Assembly (NCBI RefSeq): GCF_009914755.1
Contig: NC_060947.1
Strand: one strand, 5' to 3'
DNA length: 64,000 bases
Source of the DNA: the human T2T-CHM13v2.0 reference genome, Homo sapiens
The notes under the pieces were generated by a model, which was not told where the DNA came from, searched no databases, and was given only the letters and a program-made list of their open reading frames with translations. This document shows positions 1-14,178 of this stretch, piece after piece. How positions within the stretch are numbered: the stretch's first letter is position 1; each line of letters starts with the position of its first letter. The position numbers and the translations under genes were made by a program.

Positions 1-716
1 ATATTGGCCCAAATTAAAGAGGTCACCCAGAAGCAGCTCAACAACTCCTCCTTTTGAAAGATGGGTGTAATTTTGGAGAAAGCAAATGGAAGATAATCTG
101 GAAAACTCAAATAGCATCCTCTACTTTGGACCTACAAAGGACAAGGTTGGGGACAGTTCACAAGAAGTGGGAAAGCCTCCCTATGAGTGGGACGCCAAGG
201 CAATGTGGTAAACAAAAAACAAAAAGTTGGCCACTACCACTACTTGCAATTTTTCTCTAAACTGGCATGTTAACGGCAATCTCAGAGTCTTCCATTTGGG
301 GTAAAGGAGAAGGATGGGATGGCTGGGAATTCCTGAATCTTGAAGCACAAGAGCTAACTGTGAAAGAGATAGGATGGATATATTTGAAGCTATTTTCAGA
401 GCTGTAGGATTATAGCAGAAGGACAACCCAATAGAGAAGCTAAGCCCTTCCGGGGAGTAACTGCCCCAGAAGCCAGGATACACTCCCTACTTAGCTAGGC
501 ATGGAACCCATAGGGTTCTGCCTTGGGGCAAAATGCTTGTCCTTCTGCCCCTCAGCTGCCTAGAATTGTACTACTCAGCTGCTGCCCAAATTCTGAATAT
601 GCTGTGGAGGCCCTTCTGCACATTCCTAATGGTTAATTCTAGCACAAACCGGAGCTGAATCAAGATCTGCCTTAGAATAAATAATTTACTGTCATCTCAG
701 ACTGCCTGCTCATGTC

Positions 717-758
717 ACTCTCTCTCTCTCTCTGACATACACACACACACACACACAC
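717..758. repeat. (CT)n-(CA)n compound microsatellite
   Basis: ctctctctctctctct followed by acacacacacacacacac. Confidence 0.9.
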
Positions 759-990
759 TTCACCCAGTTAACTAAACATGATCAAGGCTTAGCTTAGTAT
801 TTAGATAACAAGCTATTAAAAATGGCCACTCACAAGCATGTTAAAAAATGTTATAAATAGTAAGTTAGGGTAAAAAGAAATGCAAGACTACATTTTCACT
901 GTACCAATTTTATTTAAAAAGTTTCTTTCTAATGAACACATATACTTATGAAGTTTATATCTAATGTACACATTTATTTACAATTATAAT

Positions 991-1405
991 GTAGGTAGGT
1001 AGATGGATGGATGAAGAAAGGATGAATGGATGGATGGGATGGATGGATGGGATGGACGGATGGACAAATGCATGAATAAGTAGGTGGATAGATGGGAAGA
1101 TCGGTGGGTAAATAGATGTTTGAGTGAATAAATGGATGGATGGGTGGATAAATGGATGGATGGATAAATAGATGGACGAATGAATGGAAGATAGATGGAT
1201 AGATCATAGATGGATGAATGAAGGCACAAATGAATGAATGAATAGGTGGATAGATAGCTAAATGGCTGGCTGGATGGATGGACAAAGTAATAGATGAATA
1301 GGTAGACGTGAGGCTGAGTGGGTGAATGGATGAATGGTTGGATGGACGGATGTATGGATGAATGGATGGATAGAGAAAAGTTTATAGAAATAGATACATG
1401 GATAG
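991..1405 (+). repeat. Degenerate (TGGA)n/(GAAT)n tetranucleotide repeat
   Basis: About 400 bp of ggat/gaat/agat units; generates the His/Pro/Ser/Ile-rich ORFs on the minus strand. Confidence 0.95.
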
Positions 1406-1469
1406 TCTGACTGACAGCTATTTGGATAAGTTGGTCTTTGAACTCACTCATCAAAAAGAATCTAACATT

Positions 1470-1560
1470 TACAGCTCTGTGATCTGGGACAGATGACATA
1501 ACTTCTCTGAGCTTTAGTTCCTCATCTGTACAGCAGGAATAATAACATATATTCAGTCTA
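1470..1560 (+). mobile_element. MIR fragment
   Basis: ctgtgatctgggacagatgacataacttctctgagctttagttcctcatctgta resembles the MIR core. Confidence 0.75.
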
Positions 1561-2257
1561 CTTCTTGCAAAGATCAAATAGCTATTATTTTCCATGAGCC
1601 TGACCCATAAGAGTTGTTAAAAAATTGATGGTTTCCTTCCAATTTAAAATTACATTACCTCATAAAGACATTCTTTAAAAATAAGCAGCACTAAATGTTG
1701 TACTATTTGGGGGCAAATGAAAATCAAATCCCAAACTGAAAATATGTGTGTCCTATAATTGTACATTACATTTTAAGAAAAACTAGGATGACCAAGAGTA
1801 TTATATAACTGTACTCCTTAAAGGAATAAAAACAGATACACAGAGAGTTAGACCGTGAACAGATCTACATGATCTTTTTGTCTATAAGGTAAGGGCAGGA
1901 AAGGAAACAAACAGGAAAAGCGAGAGTTTAATTTTTAATCTATCAAAATGACCCAATATGAGTGAAATAATATGTGCTCTCTTCTGAATGGAGATGCAAT
2001 TACCATACTGCATGAAATGTCTCAAGCATTACCTTATTTAGTGCTGACTTTATTGCTTTCTTCATGTTCTCTAATCATTCAGATCATTTTAATGTGCACC
2101 TTCTCTGCCTTGTCTGTGGACAGCCCTGAGGACCTGGTTCCTAAGTCACCAGGCAGGATTTAGGTGACAGTTAAATTTTGCCTAGCCTCTGGTTTGGCTC
2201 ATCGGGTCTCCATACTTTATTTCATAATATTAATATCATTACATTGTTATATAATGT

Positions 2258-3238
2258 AATTGTGGTCCCCAAGAAATTCCATGCCTGAATTCCCAGATCT
2301 GTGAAATATGTCACCTTACATGGCCAGAAGGACTTTGCAGCTATCATTAAAGTTACTAATTCATTGACCTTCAGATAGGAAAGTGTTTTTGTGCATTTTG
2401 TGCTCCCATAACAGAATACAACAGACTAGGTAATTTATAATAACAGAAATCAATTGACTCAAGGTCCTGAAGGCTGGAAGTCCAAAATCAATGAGCTAGC
2501 ATCTGCCGAGGGCCTTCTTGTTACATCATCCCATGGTGAAAGGGCAAAGAGAGGGTGAGAGAGTGCAAGAGATCAAACTTGCAGCCCCAGACCCATTTGT
2601 AATCAACATTAATCCACTCATGAGGGTGCAGCCTCCAGGACCCAAACACCTCCAATTAGGCCCCACCTCCCAACAAGGTCACATTGGGAATTAAGTTTCC
2701 GACACATGCTTTTCGGGGGACGCATTCAAACCATAGCAAAAGGTGGTTCTGGATGGTTTGGGTGGGCTCCATGTAATACCGTGAGCCCTTAGAAGAAGAA
2801 GCAGAAGACAAAGTAGAGAGAGGTTGTTTGAGGGAAGACCAGAGAAATCTGAAGCAGGAGAAGAATTCTGCCCATCTTTGCCAACTTTGAAGATGAAGAA
2901 AGGCAGCCAGAACTGAAGAAATTGGGGAGCCTCTAGAAGCTGAGAACAACTCCAGATGATAGCCAGCATAGAAACAGTGACCCCACTCTGATGATTACCA
3001 GGAGCCGATTTCTGATGATAACTCAAATGAGCTTGAAAGTGGATGCTGTCCCAGAGCCTCTGGATTAGAGCTCAGCCTGGTGGACACCTTGATTTTAGCC
3101 CGACGATACCCCAAGCAAAGGACACAGCAACGTCATAGCCAACTTCTGACCTGCAGAACTGTGAAATAATCACTTTGCATTGTTTTAAGCTCCCATATAT
3201 ATGGGAATTTGTTAATGTCACAACAGAAATCTAAAACA
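2258..3238 (+). mobile_element. MLT1E-like MaLR LTR, interrupted by an MST LTR
   Basis: aatatgtcaccttacatggc...gactttgcag 5' part; ttctgacctgcagaactgtga...tgttttaagc...ctaaaaca 3' part. Confidence 0.8.
2384..2738 (-). mobile_element. MSTC/MSTD-like solo LTR nested in MLT1E
   Basis: ataacagaatacaacagactaggtaatttataa...cattcaaaccatagca; tg...ca ends; aaag on both flanks. Confidence 0.85.
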
Positions 3239-3440
3239 GTAATGGAATGTATTATAATATAGCATGTCTATAAGCAAGAATGCATAGGGAAATCTAGTTA
3301 AAATATAATAAACAACAATGAAAAGATTATTTCCTGAGAAATCTGACTCTTTCCCAAGAGAATAAAAGATCATCATTTACTCTCCCAGGGAGAAAGAAAG
3401 ATTCCCTTGTCTCTCCCAATTTTGTAGGAGAGACTGTTAA

Positions 3441-3769
<329 letters not shown>

Positions 3770-4019
3770 GTCACCACTTATGCATTTAGTAATAATACTA
3801 TAATATTATTTTAATTATATTATATTACCTGCACTATAATAAGTTGTATGTTCTAATAATACTATTTTAAAATTTGTATTTTATGCATAAGTTCTTTTGT
3901 GTTTTTTATATTTAATATGCACATGCATATTTATGTCAGAAAACCTGTAAATACTATTACAGATTCGTAATTTCCTTTTGAACTTCCCCTCCATCTCACC
4001 CCAGTTCACTGCCTTAATT

Positions 4020-4555
4020 TTCTATCCCTGTTGTAATGAATTACCAAAACCTCAGTCACTTAAAATAATACCAATTTATCATGTCATAGTTCTGTAAGTC
4101 CGAATCCTGACATGGGTCTCACTGGTTTAAAATGAAGGTGTTGTCAGGGTTGTGTTTCTTCTAGAGGCTGGAGGAAGGCATTTGTTTTCTGACTTTTCCA
4201 TCTTCTAGAGGTTCCTTGCATTCGTTGCCTCATGGTTTGGTAAGATGCTGAGCAGAGAACACAACAATGTTGTGTAAGATTTCTGACTTACAGAACTGCA
4301 AGGAATAAATTCTGCCAATCTTCAAAGTCAGCAATATTGTATCTTTCAGACCATTCTTCTATAGTCACATCTCCCTCTCACCACAGCTGGGAAAGGCTTT
4401 CCAATTTTAAAAACTCATGTGATTAGTTTGGACATACTTGGCTAATCTCTTATAGCCTCCACACATCAAGACTCTTAATTTAATCACAATTACAAAGTTC
4501 CTTTTGTCGTGTAAGAAAACATTCATAAGTTCTGGGGAGTAGAATATAAACAGCT
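4020..4555 (-). mobile_element. MLT1D-like LTR containing an oppositely oriented insert at about 4237-4313
   Basis: catagttctgtaagtc...tctcactgg...ttctagaggctg...taatcacaattacaaagttcctttt. Confidence 0.75.
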
Positions 4556-7377
4556 TCCCTACAGTCTACACTGGGCAGAAAGCAGGCACTTAGTGACTTG
4601 CTTATAAATTCAACTGTGATTGGTCTCTACTGGAGGCTCAGAGAAGACATGAAAGCCCAAATTCCTATTTTCTGTCCATGCCATTTGTGATAAAAACTGA
4701 GGAAAAGCAGGAAAAGGAGATAGTGGGGTAGTATGCATTGGTCAAGTCAATATTCAAACAGAACTGCTACATGTGCATTTGGGCACCAATGAGCGCATTT
4801 AAATTGTGCAATCCATGTCACAAATGTAGTTTCAGTGTCCTTGTTTCAACAGGAACATGCATAAGGGAATATGGAATTGAGTCAAGTCAGTAGTCTATGA
4901 AACACAGAAAGTGAATTTAAGGCTTCCTAAAAGGTTGCCGTGACGATCCTCCCTGTCTTTGAGTACATCATTCACCTCCAGGCAAGAACAAATAATACAT
5001 CTCATGGATTGAGGAGGAGAAAATATTTCCTTGGACACCTGAAAGGATCTGCTATCACATCAGACAGTGTGCACAATGAGAAGGCAGATTTCTCCACATA
5101 ATCGCCAGCACAAAGCTACGATGGAAGGGGCAGAATAGCCCTGCCATAATGGCATGATGGAGCTTTCTCTCCTGATGTCAGGTGACTTTTGTCGCACTTG
5201 GGAAATCTCAGAGAATGGCCTACCGTTAGCAAATTGTGCTCATCAGCATGTGCATACGCACACACACAAACACAAGCACACACATCCTGGAAGGGAGTTA
5301 GAATTCCAGCAACCTCACCCTGGCTCCAATGTCTACCTTCTAGCCTTGGTATTTCTTCCCCCTGGCCCCGCATTCCACGTGTTTAGGTGGGAACTTACTG
5401 CCATGGTCAGAAGGCCTTTTTCATTTCCAGCTCTGGAATCTGGAATTCTAGAAACACACACATGTTGAACAAGTATGTACACTGATGCGCAACCCATCTG
5501 TAGTTCTCATTGGAAAATGCCCCAGCCCTTTCTGTGGCTAGAAATTGGCCTTCATGACTCTTTGGTTAACATCTCCCCATCAAGGGAATCAGCCATCCTA
5601 GGACACATAAAACAACAGATGGGATATATACCTATTTCTACCAAAAAAAAAAAAATAAGTAAATAACTCAAGGAGTGCCATAACTTGTAATTATCTCAAC
5701 ACAATAGAAATATCAATGTATAATCAGAATGTAAATGATGTGCTAGGTTCTCATTAAATCATGCTTTTCTAGAAAAATAAAGACAAAATAATTTTCATCC
5801 ACTACCCTGTTGCCAGAGATCCATGTGAATCAGAGAAGGTAAGGATGGACATGACCTGTTCTGTCTGCTTTCTTATCCCCCTCGCCAGTGAGGATGTGTT
5901 AGCTACATACAATATTCTTTCCAGAACCTTTTAATTATTTGGAAAGAAAGTGCTATATGGTCAAGGAGAAAATCCTCAGATAATTTGTATTCTTTCTCTT
6001 TAGAATATGATTTTAAAATCTAGACGAGTTAACTCATTTGCCTCTGCAAATCGAGCTTGAATGAATGCCCAAAGTAAGGCAGGTGGATGGAGGTGTCCAC
6101 TCACTGCCATCTGTCTCTTAGAATTAAAATTGTCACGCAGATAGCTCAGAGCAAAAATTTCTGAGAGACTTAGGCTAGAGTCAAGGTAGCAAGAACTTTG
6201 CATTGATGACATTTCAAGTTGCCCATGGCAGATGGGTGTGGGTATGATACATATTTTTGAATAATTTTCTACGTGCTTCTAAAACCTTCAACTCCCCCAT
6301 CCAAACTCTTTGGGCTTAATTACAGAACCGCAGCATTCAAAATACTCAACAACTTATTGCCACTCATTGGCAATTAACTCAGATTATCACAAAATTGATA
6401 CAGGAGGTCCAGCTGGATGAATAACATGAGCTGGCTAGAGAAGGGGGAAAATTTTGTCATGGAAGGAGCATTAAAATGGGAAGTTGGCTATCTGGGGATT
6501 GTCTGTCTTTTGTTGTTTGTTATTTTGTCTGCAAGATGTCCTTATCAAAACTTCTACCTTCTCTGGACTTCAGTATTTCTTTGCTAGTAGAATAAAGACA
6601 TTGAACTTGAAAGTGACTGTGCTCCATCAAGTCATGCATGTCTAAAGGGCTTCAGCTGGGCTCTTGGGGTCCACAAGAGAAGTTTCTTCCTTAAACATTC
6701 TTGAAATAGCACAGACTCCCTTTCTGTCAGCCATAGCCATGCTATCTATGTCAAGTCTTTCTGACAAATTGGTTCAGAGAATAAACACAACCATGTTTTT
6801 ATCTTCTGCATCATAGGTAACTACACACAGGTAACAGCTTCCTAAGGAATAGCACATTGATGATCTCATCCAGTCTGATTAAACCCTAAGTCAATGCAGC
6901 TTTCAGTGTTTATTGCACATTTTTTTCATTGCCTTCTTTTGAGGCAATAAGTAGTAGGGAGTGCGGCAAACTGATTAACAGAGTTATTTCCTCTGGGCCT
7001 AGGACTCTGTAATATCTCCCGTTTCTGTTTCTTCAGGGATCACAAATCTGATCTGGTTTCTAGGATTAGGTCCCTCATGTCTGATTTTCCTTTTTCCTAT
7101 ATTTTTGGACTTTCTAGATCATCTGTAGGCACTGCCCAAAAGCTGTCTTTGCCAAAAGAGGAGCAGTCGTTAGAAATTTGGGGTGTGGAAGGAAATAATT
7201 GTCCCAAAAATGTCCCTGAGCACCACCACTCCCCCGACCATGATAAATTTCTTGCCTTGGACCATTCTTTGTGAGTCAATGAAAGTTGTTTTGCTCACAT
7301 ACCCTAAACCAACGGGTTTTTCACATTAGGGTTAAAATTATTTACCATTCAAATGAAAACTTATGTGATGCTTCACA

Positions 7378-8692
7378 TAATATGTCATGAGAGGAATGTA
7401 ACTTAAAACAACGAGAGACCACCACACACCTATTAGAATGGCCAAAATCCGAAAACTGACAACATCAAATGCTGGTGAGGATGTGGAGCAACAGGAATGC
7501 TTATTCATTGGTGGAAGGAATGCAAAATAGTACAGCCACTTTGGAAGACGGTTTGGCAGTTTCTTACAAAACTATCCATACTCTTACTATACTATCCAGC
7601 AATTGCACTCTTTGGTATTTACCCAAAGGAGTTAAAAATGTATGCCCCCCCCTCCCCCATACACACAAAAAAACTGCACCTAGATTTTTTAGTGCATTTA
7701 TTTATAATTGCCAAATCTTGGAAGCAACCGAGATATCCTTTAGTAGGTGATATGGTTTGGCTGTGTCCCCACCCAAATCTCATCTTGAATTGTAGCTCCC
7801 ATAATTCCCATGTGTTGTGGGAGGGACCTGGTGGGAGATAATTGAATCATGGAGGTGGTTCCTCCATACTGTTCTCATGGTAGTGAATAAGTCTCATGAG
7901 ATCTGATGGTTTTACATGAGGTTTTCCCCTTTTGCTTTGCTCTCATTCTGTCTTGCCTGCTGCCATGTAAGACGTGACTTTCGCCTTCTGCCATGATTGT
8001 GAGGCCTCCCCAGCCACGTGGAACTGTGAGTCCATTAAACCTCTTTCTCTTTATAAATTACCCAGTCTCTGGTATGTCTTTATCAGCAGCATGAGAATGG
8101 ACTAATACAGTAGGTAAATGGATAAATAAACAGTGGTATATCCAGCAATGGAATATTATTCAGCACTAAAAAGAAATGAGCTATCAAGCATGAAAAGACA
8201 TGAAGGAAACTTAAATACATATTACTAAATGAAATAAACCAGTCTGAGAAGGCTACATACTATATGATTTCAACTACAGGACATTCTGGGAGAGGCAAAA
8301 CTATAGCAACAGTAAAAATATATTGGTGTATTCCAGGAGTTAGTGGGGAGAAAAGGATGCATATGTGAAGCACAGAGGACTTTTAGGGCAGGGAAATTAC
8401 TCTGTATGATCCTATAATGGTGGATCCATGTTATTATCCATCTGCCAAACCCATAGAACGTACAACATCAGGAGTGAACCCTGATGTAAACTTTGGACTC
8501 TGGGTGACAATGATGTGTCCTCATAGGTTCATCAATTGTAAAAAATGTACTGCTCAGGTGGGGGATGTTGGTAATGGGGATGGGGGGGTTGTGCATATGT
8601 GGGGATAGGAAGTATATGGAAACTCTCTGTACCTTCCTCTCAATTTTGCTGTGAACATAACAAATTTCTAAAAAATAGTCTTTTAAAAAAAA
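7378..8692 (+). mobile_element. L1MC-like 3' end (ORF2 C-terminus plus 3' UTR), split by THE1
   Basis: ORF 7497 translates WWKECKIVQPLWKTVWQFL, a recognisable L1 ORF2 C-terminal motif; gaaccctgatgtaaactttggactctgggtgacaatgatgtgtc 3' UTR. Confidence 0.85.
7748..8109 (+). mobile_element. THE1B-like solo LTR
   Basis: tgatatggtttggctgtgtccccacccaaatctc...ggactaataca; perfect 5-bp TSD gtagg (7743-7747 / 8110-8114). Confidence 0.95.
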
Positions 8693-8695
8693 GGT

Positions 8696-8723
8696 AATCT
8701 GACTCTAAAAATCTGACTCTAAA
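8696..8723. repeat. 14-bp tandem duplication
   Basis: aatctgactctaaa twice. Confidence 0.85.
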
Positions 8724-8747
8724 AAAACATTTAAAAAATGCATTTTA

Positions 8748-9365
<618 letters not shown>

Positions 9366-9520
9366 TGCATTTTATTTATAGAAATTAACACATAATATTT
9401 ATTTAATGTAAGTTCAATGAACCAGATCAATAGAGTTATTGAGATGTGCATAAATGCTTGAAATCCACAGTTAAAGATGACTTGCAGTCTTATCAACTTC
9501 CGGGTCAAATTTCTTTCTTT

Positions 9521-9564
9521 GTTTTTTTCTTTTTAGAGATGGGATCTCACTGTGTTGCCCAGAA
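9521..9564 (-). mobile_element. Extremely 5'-truncated Alu/FLAM end with TSD
   Basis: ttttagagatgggatctcactgtgttgcccag flanked by tcaa(a/c)tttctttcttt (9505-9520 / 9565-9580). Confidence 0.8.
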
Positions 9565-9647
9565 TCAACTTTCTTTCTTTATCTTGTTCTGTCTGCAGTA
9601 TTGAGAAAACCCTGATTAACTAAAAGAAATAGTCACACATGCCAATT

Positions 9648-9780
9648 CTGTGTGTGTGTGGGGGGGGTTATGTGTGTGTATGTTTTATGTATTATGTGTT
9701 GTGTGTGCTATGTGGGGAGTTCATGTGTGTGCTGTTGCATGTGTGTGCTGCGCATGTTGAACTGTGTATATGCTGTGTAC
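9648..9780. repeat. Degenerate (TG)n
   Basis: TG-rich low-complexity run. Confidence 0.8.
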
Positions 9781-10739
9781 GTTCAATTTGCAAGCTTCTT
9801 CAATGAAAGAATCTTGGAAGAGACACGATAGGACATTTGTTTCAATGTGAATAGCTCATAATATCTCTCAAAATCTCATATTCCTCTTGCTAAGACCAAT
9901 TTGGAGAAAGCTGATAAATGAGATTTTCAGCCAGTTTAATTTTCATTTTTGAGACATACTTTCCAAATATATGTTACTATTATGAAAAACGTAACATATA
10001 CACTTACATATGTATTTATATGTATACTTGAATATAAAATGCCTCCTTGTCAGTCTCAGGCATTCATTCAATCTCTTTTAAAACCCTCACATTTATTTAT
10101 ATTGTTGTGTAGGAAAAATCCACTGTGGCTTTACTGCTGACACTCTATCTGCAATGGTAAACCTAATATTGACACTGGGTATTACCAAATTGTACCTATT
10201 TAGATTATTAAAAACAAGACCCAAGGCACAAAGAGTGGTTCTGTGTCTTAGCAGTATTTAATAGAATTTCTATAACTGCAAAAGAAAAAAACTAAAATAA
10301 TGCAAATGTTAAATGTATGCATATTGACAATTACACAGTCCTATCTGTGGCATTGCCTCCTAACGATGGACTTAGGTAGGAAAAAGTAAATTCAAAACTT
10401 GTATTTGAACTATTACATATATTGTGAAAATATATCCACCAAGATATCTGTACATCAGTACAACTGAAATAGAACAAAAGTACCAAACACTGGCATTTCT
10501 TAATAGCTAGTGTTTAACTAAGCAATATAAAATGACTTCACTATCTGCTGGTTACAGCTTTATGAGCACCCCTCTTCCAACAGTTTTTAGTCTCATTGGC
10601 TTCGGACCATCAATTAAAGGTCATGTCATTTTTGCCAACTTATCCAGAGAGTGTTACAATGGGTCTAAGCTCTTTAAAATGTCCTCTGCTTTTATTCCCG
10701 TGTCAAATGATTTAAAACCTCATGGGAGACCTTGAATCA

Positions 10740-10880
10740 CAATCACCCTATTGAGCTGCTCCAGAATTTTCTGACCCTACAGAAATGGAAAGACAAAAAG
10801 TGTGTGAGTTTTTTGGGGAGGTCATTCTAAACCACTGAGTTTTGAGATAATGTATTATGCAGTGAAAGATAACTAATACA
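10740..10880 (+). mobile_element. MLT1 LTR 3' fragment
   Basis: ttctgaccctacagaaa...aaccactgagttttgagataatgtattatgcagtgaaagataactaataca. Confidence 0.65.
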
Positions 10881-11624
10881 GCCATCTTCTTTCACCTGTG
10901 GTGTCCAGAAGCTCCAATGGACCAAAGGCAAAGCTCAAAGTGACTAAGAACAGGCTAAACAGGGGCACCCTGGCTCTAATGAATGGACTTTATCCTCCTG
11001 GAGCCCTTGGGAATGTAAGACATAATTCTGCGTCTCCTGAGCCCTTGAAATGGCAGTGTTTCCGTGAATTAAACACCACTTTGGGCTCCAGTCACCCTGA
11101 TAACTGAAAACTCAGTCTGAGAACTGTCAGAAAACCCTTCAGCTGGTCCAGTGGCCCCAGTGGAGGGTGTTAATGAGAAACAAGACACAAATATCCTATA
11201 AAAAAAGAAAGGGAGTATTGTGAATGCTACCCTAGGTCCTATTGCTCAATTAATAGGGTAGTAATAAGAGGAACTAAGCCACACACACATACACAAAAAT
11301 AAGCACTGTTCTGTCTATATTAAAAAATGTCATGGGAGTGTTGAGAAAAAGGTGAATCAACAGCATGTCGATGAGCGATGGAAGGTGCAGTCCCAAAAGA
11401 TCAGCATGCCACTCTGACGTGGAAATCTCCACCCTATGGGAACCATGCCCCTCCAGATTCAATATGGTCCTGAAATCAAACTCCAATCCTGTCCATGAAG
11501 AAAATTCTGCATCATAGTTTTGCTAACTAACCATCAGTGCAGTCTTCCTGCTCTCCTCTGAGTGAAACTTGAATTTACCTGTCCAAACAAATATTTAGGA
11601 AGCATTGAATATTTATGACACTGT

Positions 11625-12126
11625 GTTGGTTGCCAATTGCAGCTGTAACAAATGACCACAAAAACTACATAAAATTTTAACCTTACAGTTCCAAAGGTTT
11701 TAAGTCCAGAGAGGATCTTACTGGATTATAATTCAGGTATCAGTAGGGCTAAATTCCTTTCTGGAAGTCCTAGGGGAGAATCCATTGATTGTATTTTCCA
11801 GATCCTAGAGGCTGCCTGCTTTCCTTGGCTCAGGGATCCCTTCTATCTTCAATGCCAGAAATGGCTGATTGAGTGTTTCTCACCTTGAACCTATTTGGTT
11901 CTCTCTGATGAATCCACCTTTCCCATATATAAGGACCCTTGTGATTACACTGGGTCCATCTGGATACTCCAGAATCATCTTCTCATTTTAAGTTCAGCAA
12001 TTGATTAACAACTTTAATTCCATCTGCAGCCTTAATTCCTCCTTGCTATGCAACATATAACATATTCACAGGTTTTGGCAATTTGGTCATGGACATCTTT
12101 GGGCAACCATTATGCTGCCAGCTACA
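11625..12126 (-). mobile_element. MLT1D-like LTR within an L2 relic
   Basis: gctgtaacaaatgaccacaa...ctagaggctgcc...ataaggacccttgtgattacactggg...catattcacaggtt; L2-like sequence on both sides. Confidence 0.8.
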
Positions 12127-12348
12127 GATAGCTTACTTTTTTCCAGAGATACAACAGTAAATAAAATATTTGCCCTGCCATCTTGGGTCTCCAATTCTAA
12201 CGGGGAAAATGGTGTGCAACCAAATATTTCAACCATACGGCCCAATAAGAACATAGAAGACATGAGTCGGAGACATCAGCTGGATAAGTCTCCTCAAGGA
12301 GGTAGCATTTGAGCTAAATCTTAAAGAACAAGTATTCTGATGCCAAAT

Positions 12349-12928
12349 TGTATTAGGATTCTCCAGATAAACAGAACCAATAGGATATATAGGTATAGAT
12401 ATAAACACAGATATAGATATGGAGATATACAAGATGGGATTTATTATGCAAATTGGCTCATACAATTATGAAGACAAGAAGTCCCACAATGATGCCATAT
12501 TCAAGCTGGAGAACCAGGAAAGCCAGCAGTATAATTAAGCACAAGTTCGAAAGGCTAAGAACCAGGGGAATGGATGGGTAACTCCCAGTATGAGGCCAAA
12601 TTCCTCAGATCAGGGAGGACCACTAGTCCCAGAGTCTGAAAGCCTGAGAACGAGAAGCTGGGATGTCTAAGGGAAGAAGATGAATGTCCCAGCTCAAGAA
12701 GAGAAAGCAAATTCACCCTTCTTCTGCCTTTTCGTTTTATTTGGGCTCCCAATGGATTTGAGAATGCCTGCCCACATTGGTGAGGGTGGATCCTCTTTAC
12801 TTAGTCTACTGATTCAAATGCTCATCTCTTCCAGAAACACTCTCACAGATACACCGAAATCAATGTTTTACCAACTCTCTGGGCCTCTTTTAGCCTAGTC
12901 AAGTCGACACTTACAATGAACCATTACA
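12349..12928 (-). mobile_element. MLT2B-like ERVL solo LTR
   Basis: tgtattaggattctccagataaacagaaccaatagg...gtcaagtcgacac...aaccattaca; TSD caaat (12344-12348 / 12929-12933). Confidence 0.9.
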
Positions 12929-13905
12929 CAAATGAATGCTGATGGTAAGATATTGAGCTCCAGGTAAAGGTATATGGAATATAAGACCTACAAGGAAAGT
13001 TACTTGGAGTCCTTATGTAAAAATAAATAGGGGTATTGAGAAGCGTGAAGCTGGGGCAGGACATGATTAGACCTGCATGTGAAAACAATCTCTCTGACCA
13101 AAAAACGAAGAAGCTGGGGGCAAGAAGACCAGTTACCTGTGCCTTAATTCCAATAACAAGCTCTTTTTTTGTTGTTTTCTTGTATGACAATCAACCTCGC
13201 AGTCCATTCCAAAAATGGCAACTTTTCCATCCCTAATTGCATGCTTTAATTTGCAGACCAATGTTTCAAGTCCTTATAAGGGCTGGAATAACATCCTTCA
13301 ATCCCAGTCTCTTAGTACCTGGTAAAACCATCCCAGTCCAAGTCCTTGGATTTGCCTGAATTTCCTTTTAGAGCATTCCCAGCATGAAGGATTGTGTTCC
13401 CTTAACTCAGCTATGTCTTCCTCTCTTTTCTTTACACTCACTGATATCTTGAAAGGACAGATTGAATATTTTCAAAAGTAGAAGAAACAATCCTGTGAAA
13501 TAGCAAATAGTCCTTCCCTAGAAATATTCAGCCCCTTAATGATGATATGAAAACTACGAGAAATACTATAGAAGGGAGGGTTGCATTGTGAGGAAGTCTT
13601 GCTGGGGTGCCTTTTAGGATGTTGCTACCTAAAGTGGAGTCTGTGGATGGCTGCTATTCCCAAGTCATTACCAATCTGCAACGAGTTAAGTAAAGAAATG
13701 GAGAGTAAGCATTTTAAAATATGTACAGCACTTCAATAGAGTAATTGTATAGCTCTTGAATCTAATAGTAAAAATAAGAGCTTGTATTTGTAGGTCTCTA
13801 TTTCTTCCTTCTCAAAACTTGTTTTTATTTATAAAACTGTACTGTAAACATTGTAAACATTGGTTTTGGAAACATTGGAAATTTTTTTTGAAAAGTGTCA
13901 GTTTT

Positions 13906-14178
13906 CTCTGGGAGGCCGAGGCGGGCGGGCGGATCACGAGGTCAGGAGATCGAGACCATCCTGGCTAACACGGTGAAACCCCGTCTCTACTTAAACTACA
14001 AAAAAATTAGCCGGGCGTGGTGGCGAGCGCCTATAGTCCCAGCTACTCGGGAGGCTGAGCCAGGAAAATGGCGCGGCGTGAACCCGAGAGGCGGAGCTTG
14101 CAGTGAGCGGAGATCGTGCCACGGCACTCCAGCCTGGGTGACAGTGCTAGACTCCCTCTCAAAAAAAAAAAAAAAAAA
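13906..14178 (+). mobile_element. AluY-like, 5' truncated by about 35 nt
   Basis: gagatcgagaccatcctggctaacacgg, ggcgtgaacc, gcggagcttgcag Y diagnostics; 16-bp TSD gaaaagtgtcagtttt (13890-13905 / 14179-14194). Confidence 0.93.

Noticed and set aside
974-1595. 103-aa and 203-aa His/Pro/Ser/Ile-rich ORFs
   Set aside because: They are translations of the (TCCA)n repeat plus MIR sequence, with no domain or gene structure.
7469-7841. ORF with WWKECKIVQPLWKTVW
   Set aside because: It is a decayed L1 ORF2 C-terminus running into THE1, not a host gene.
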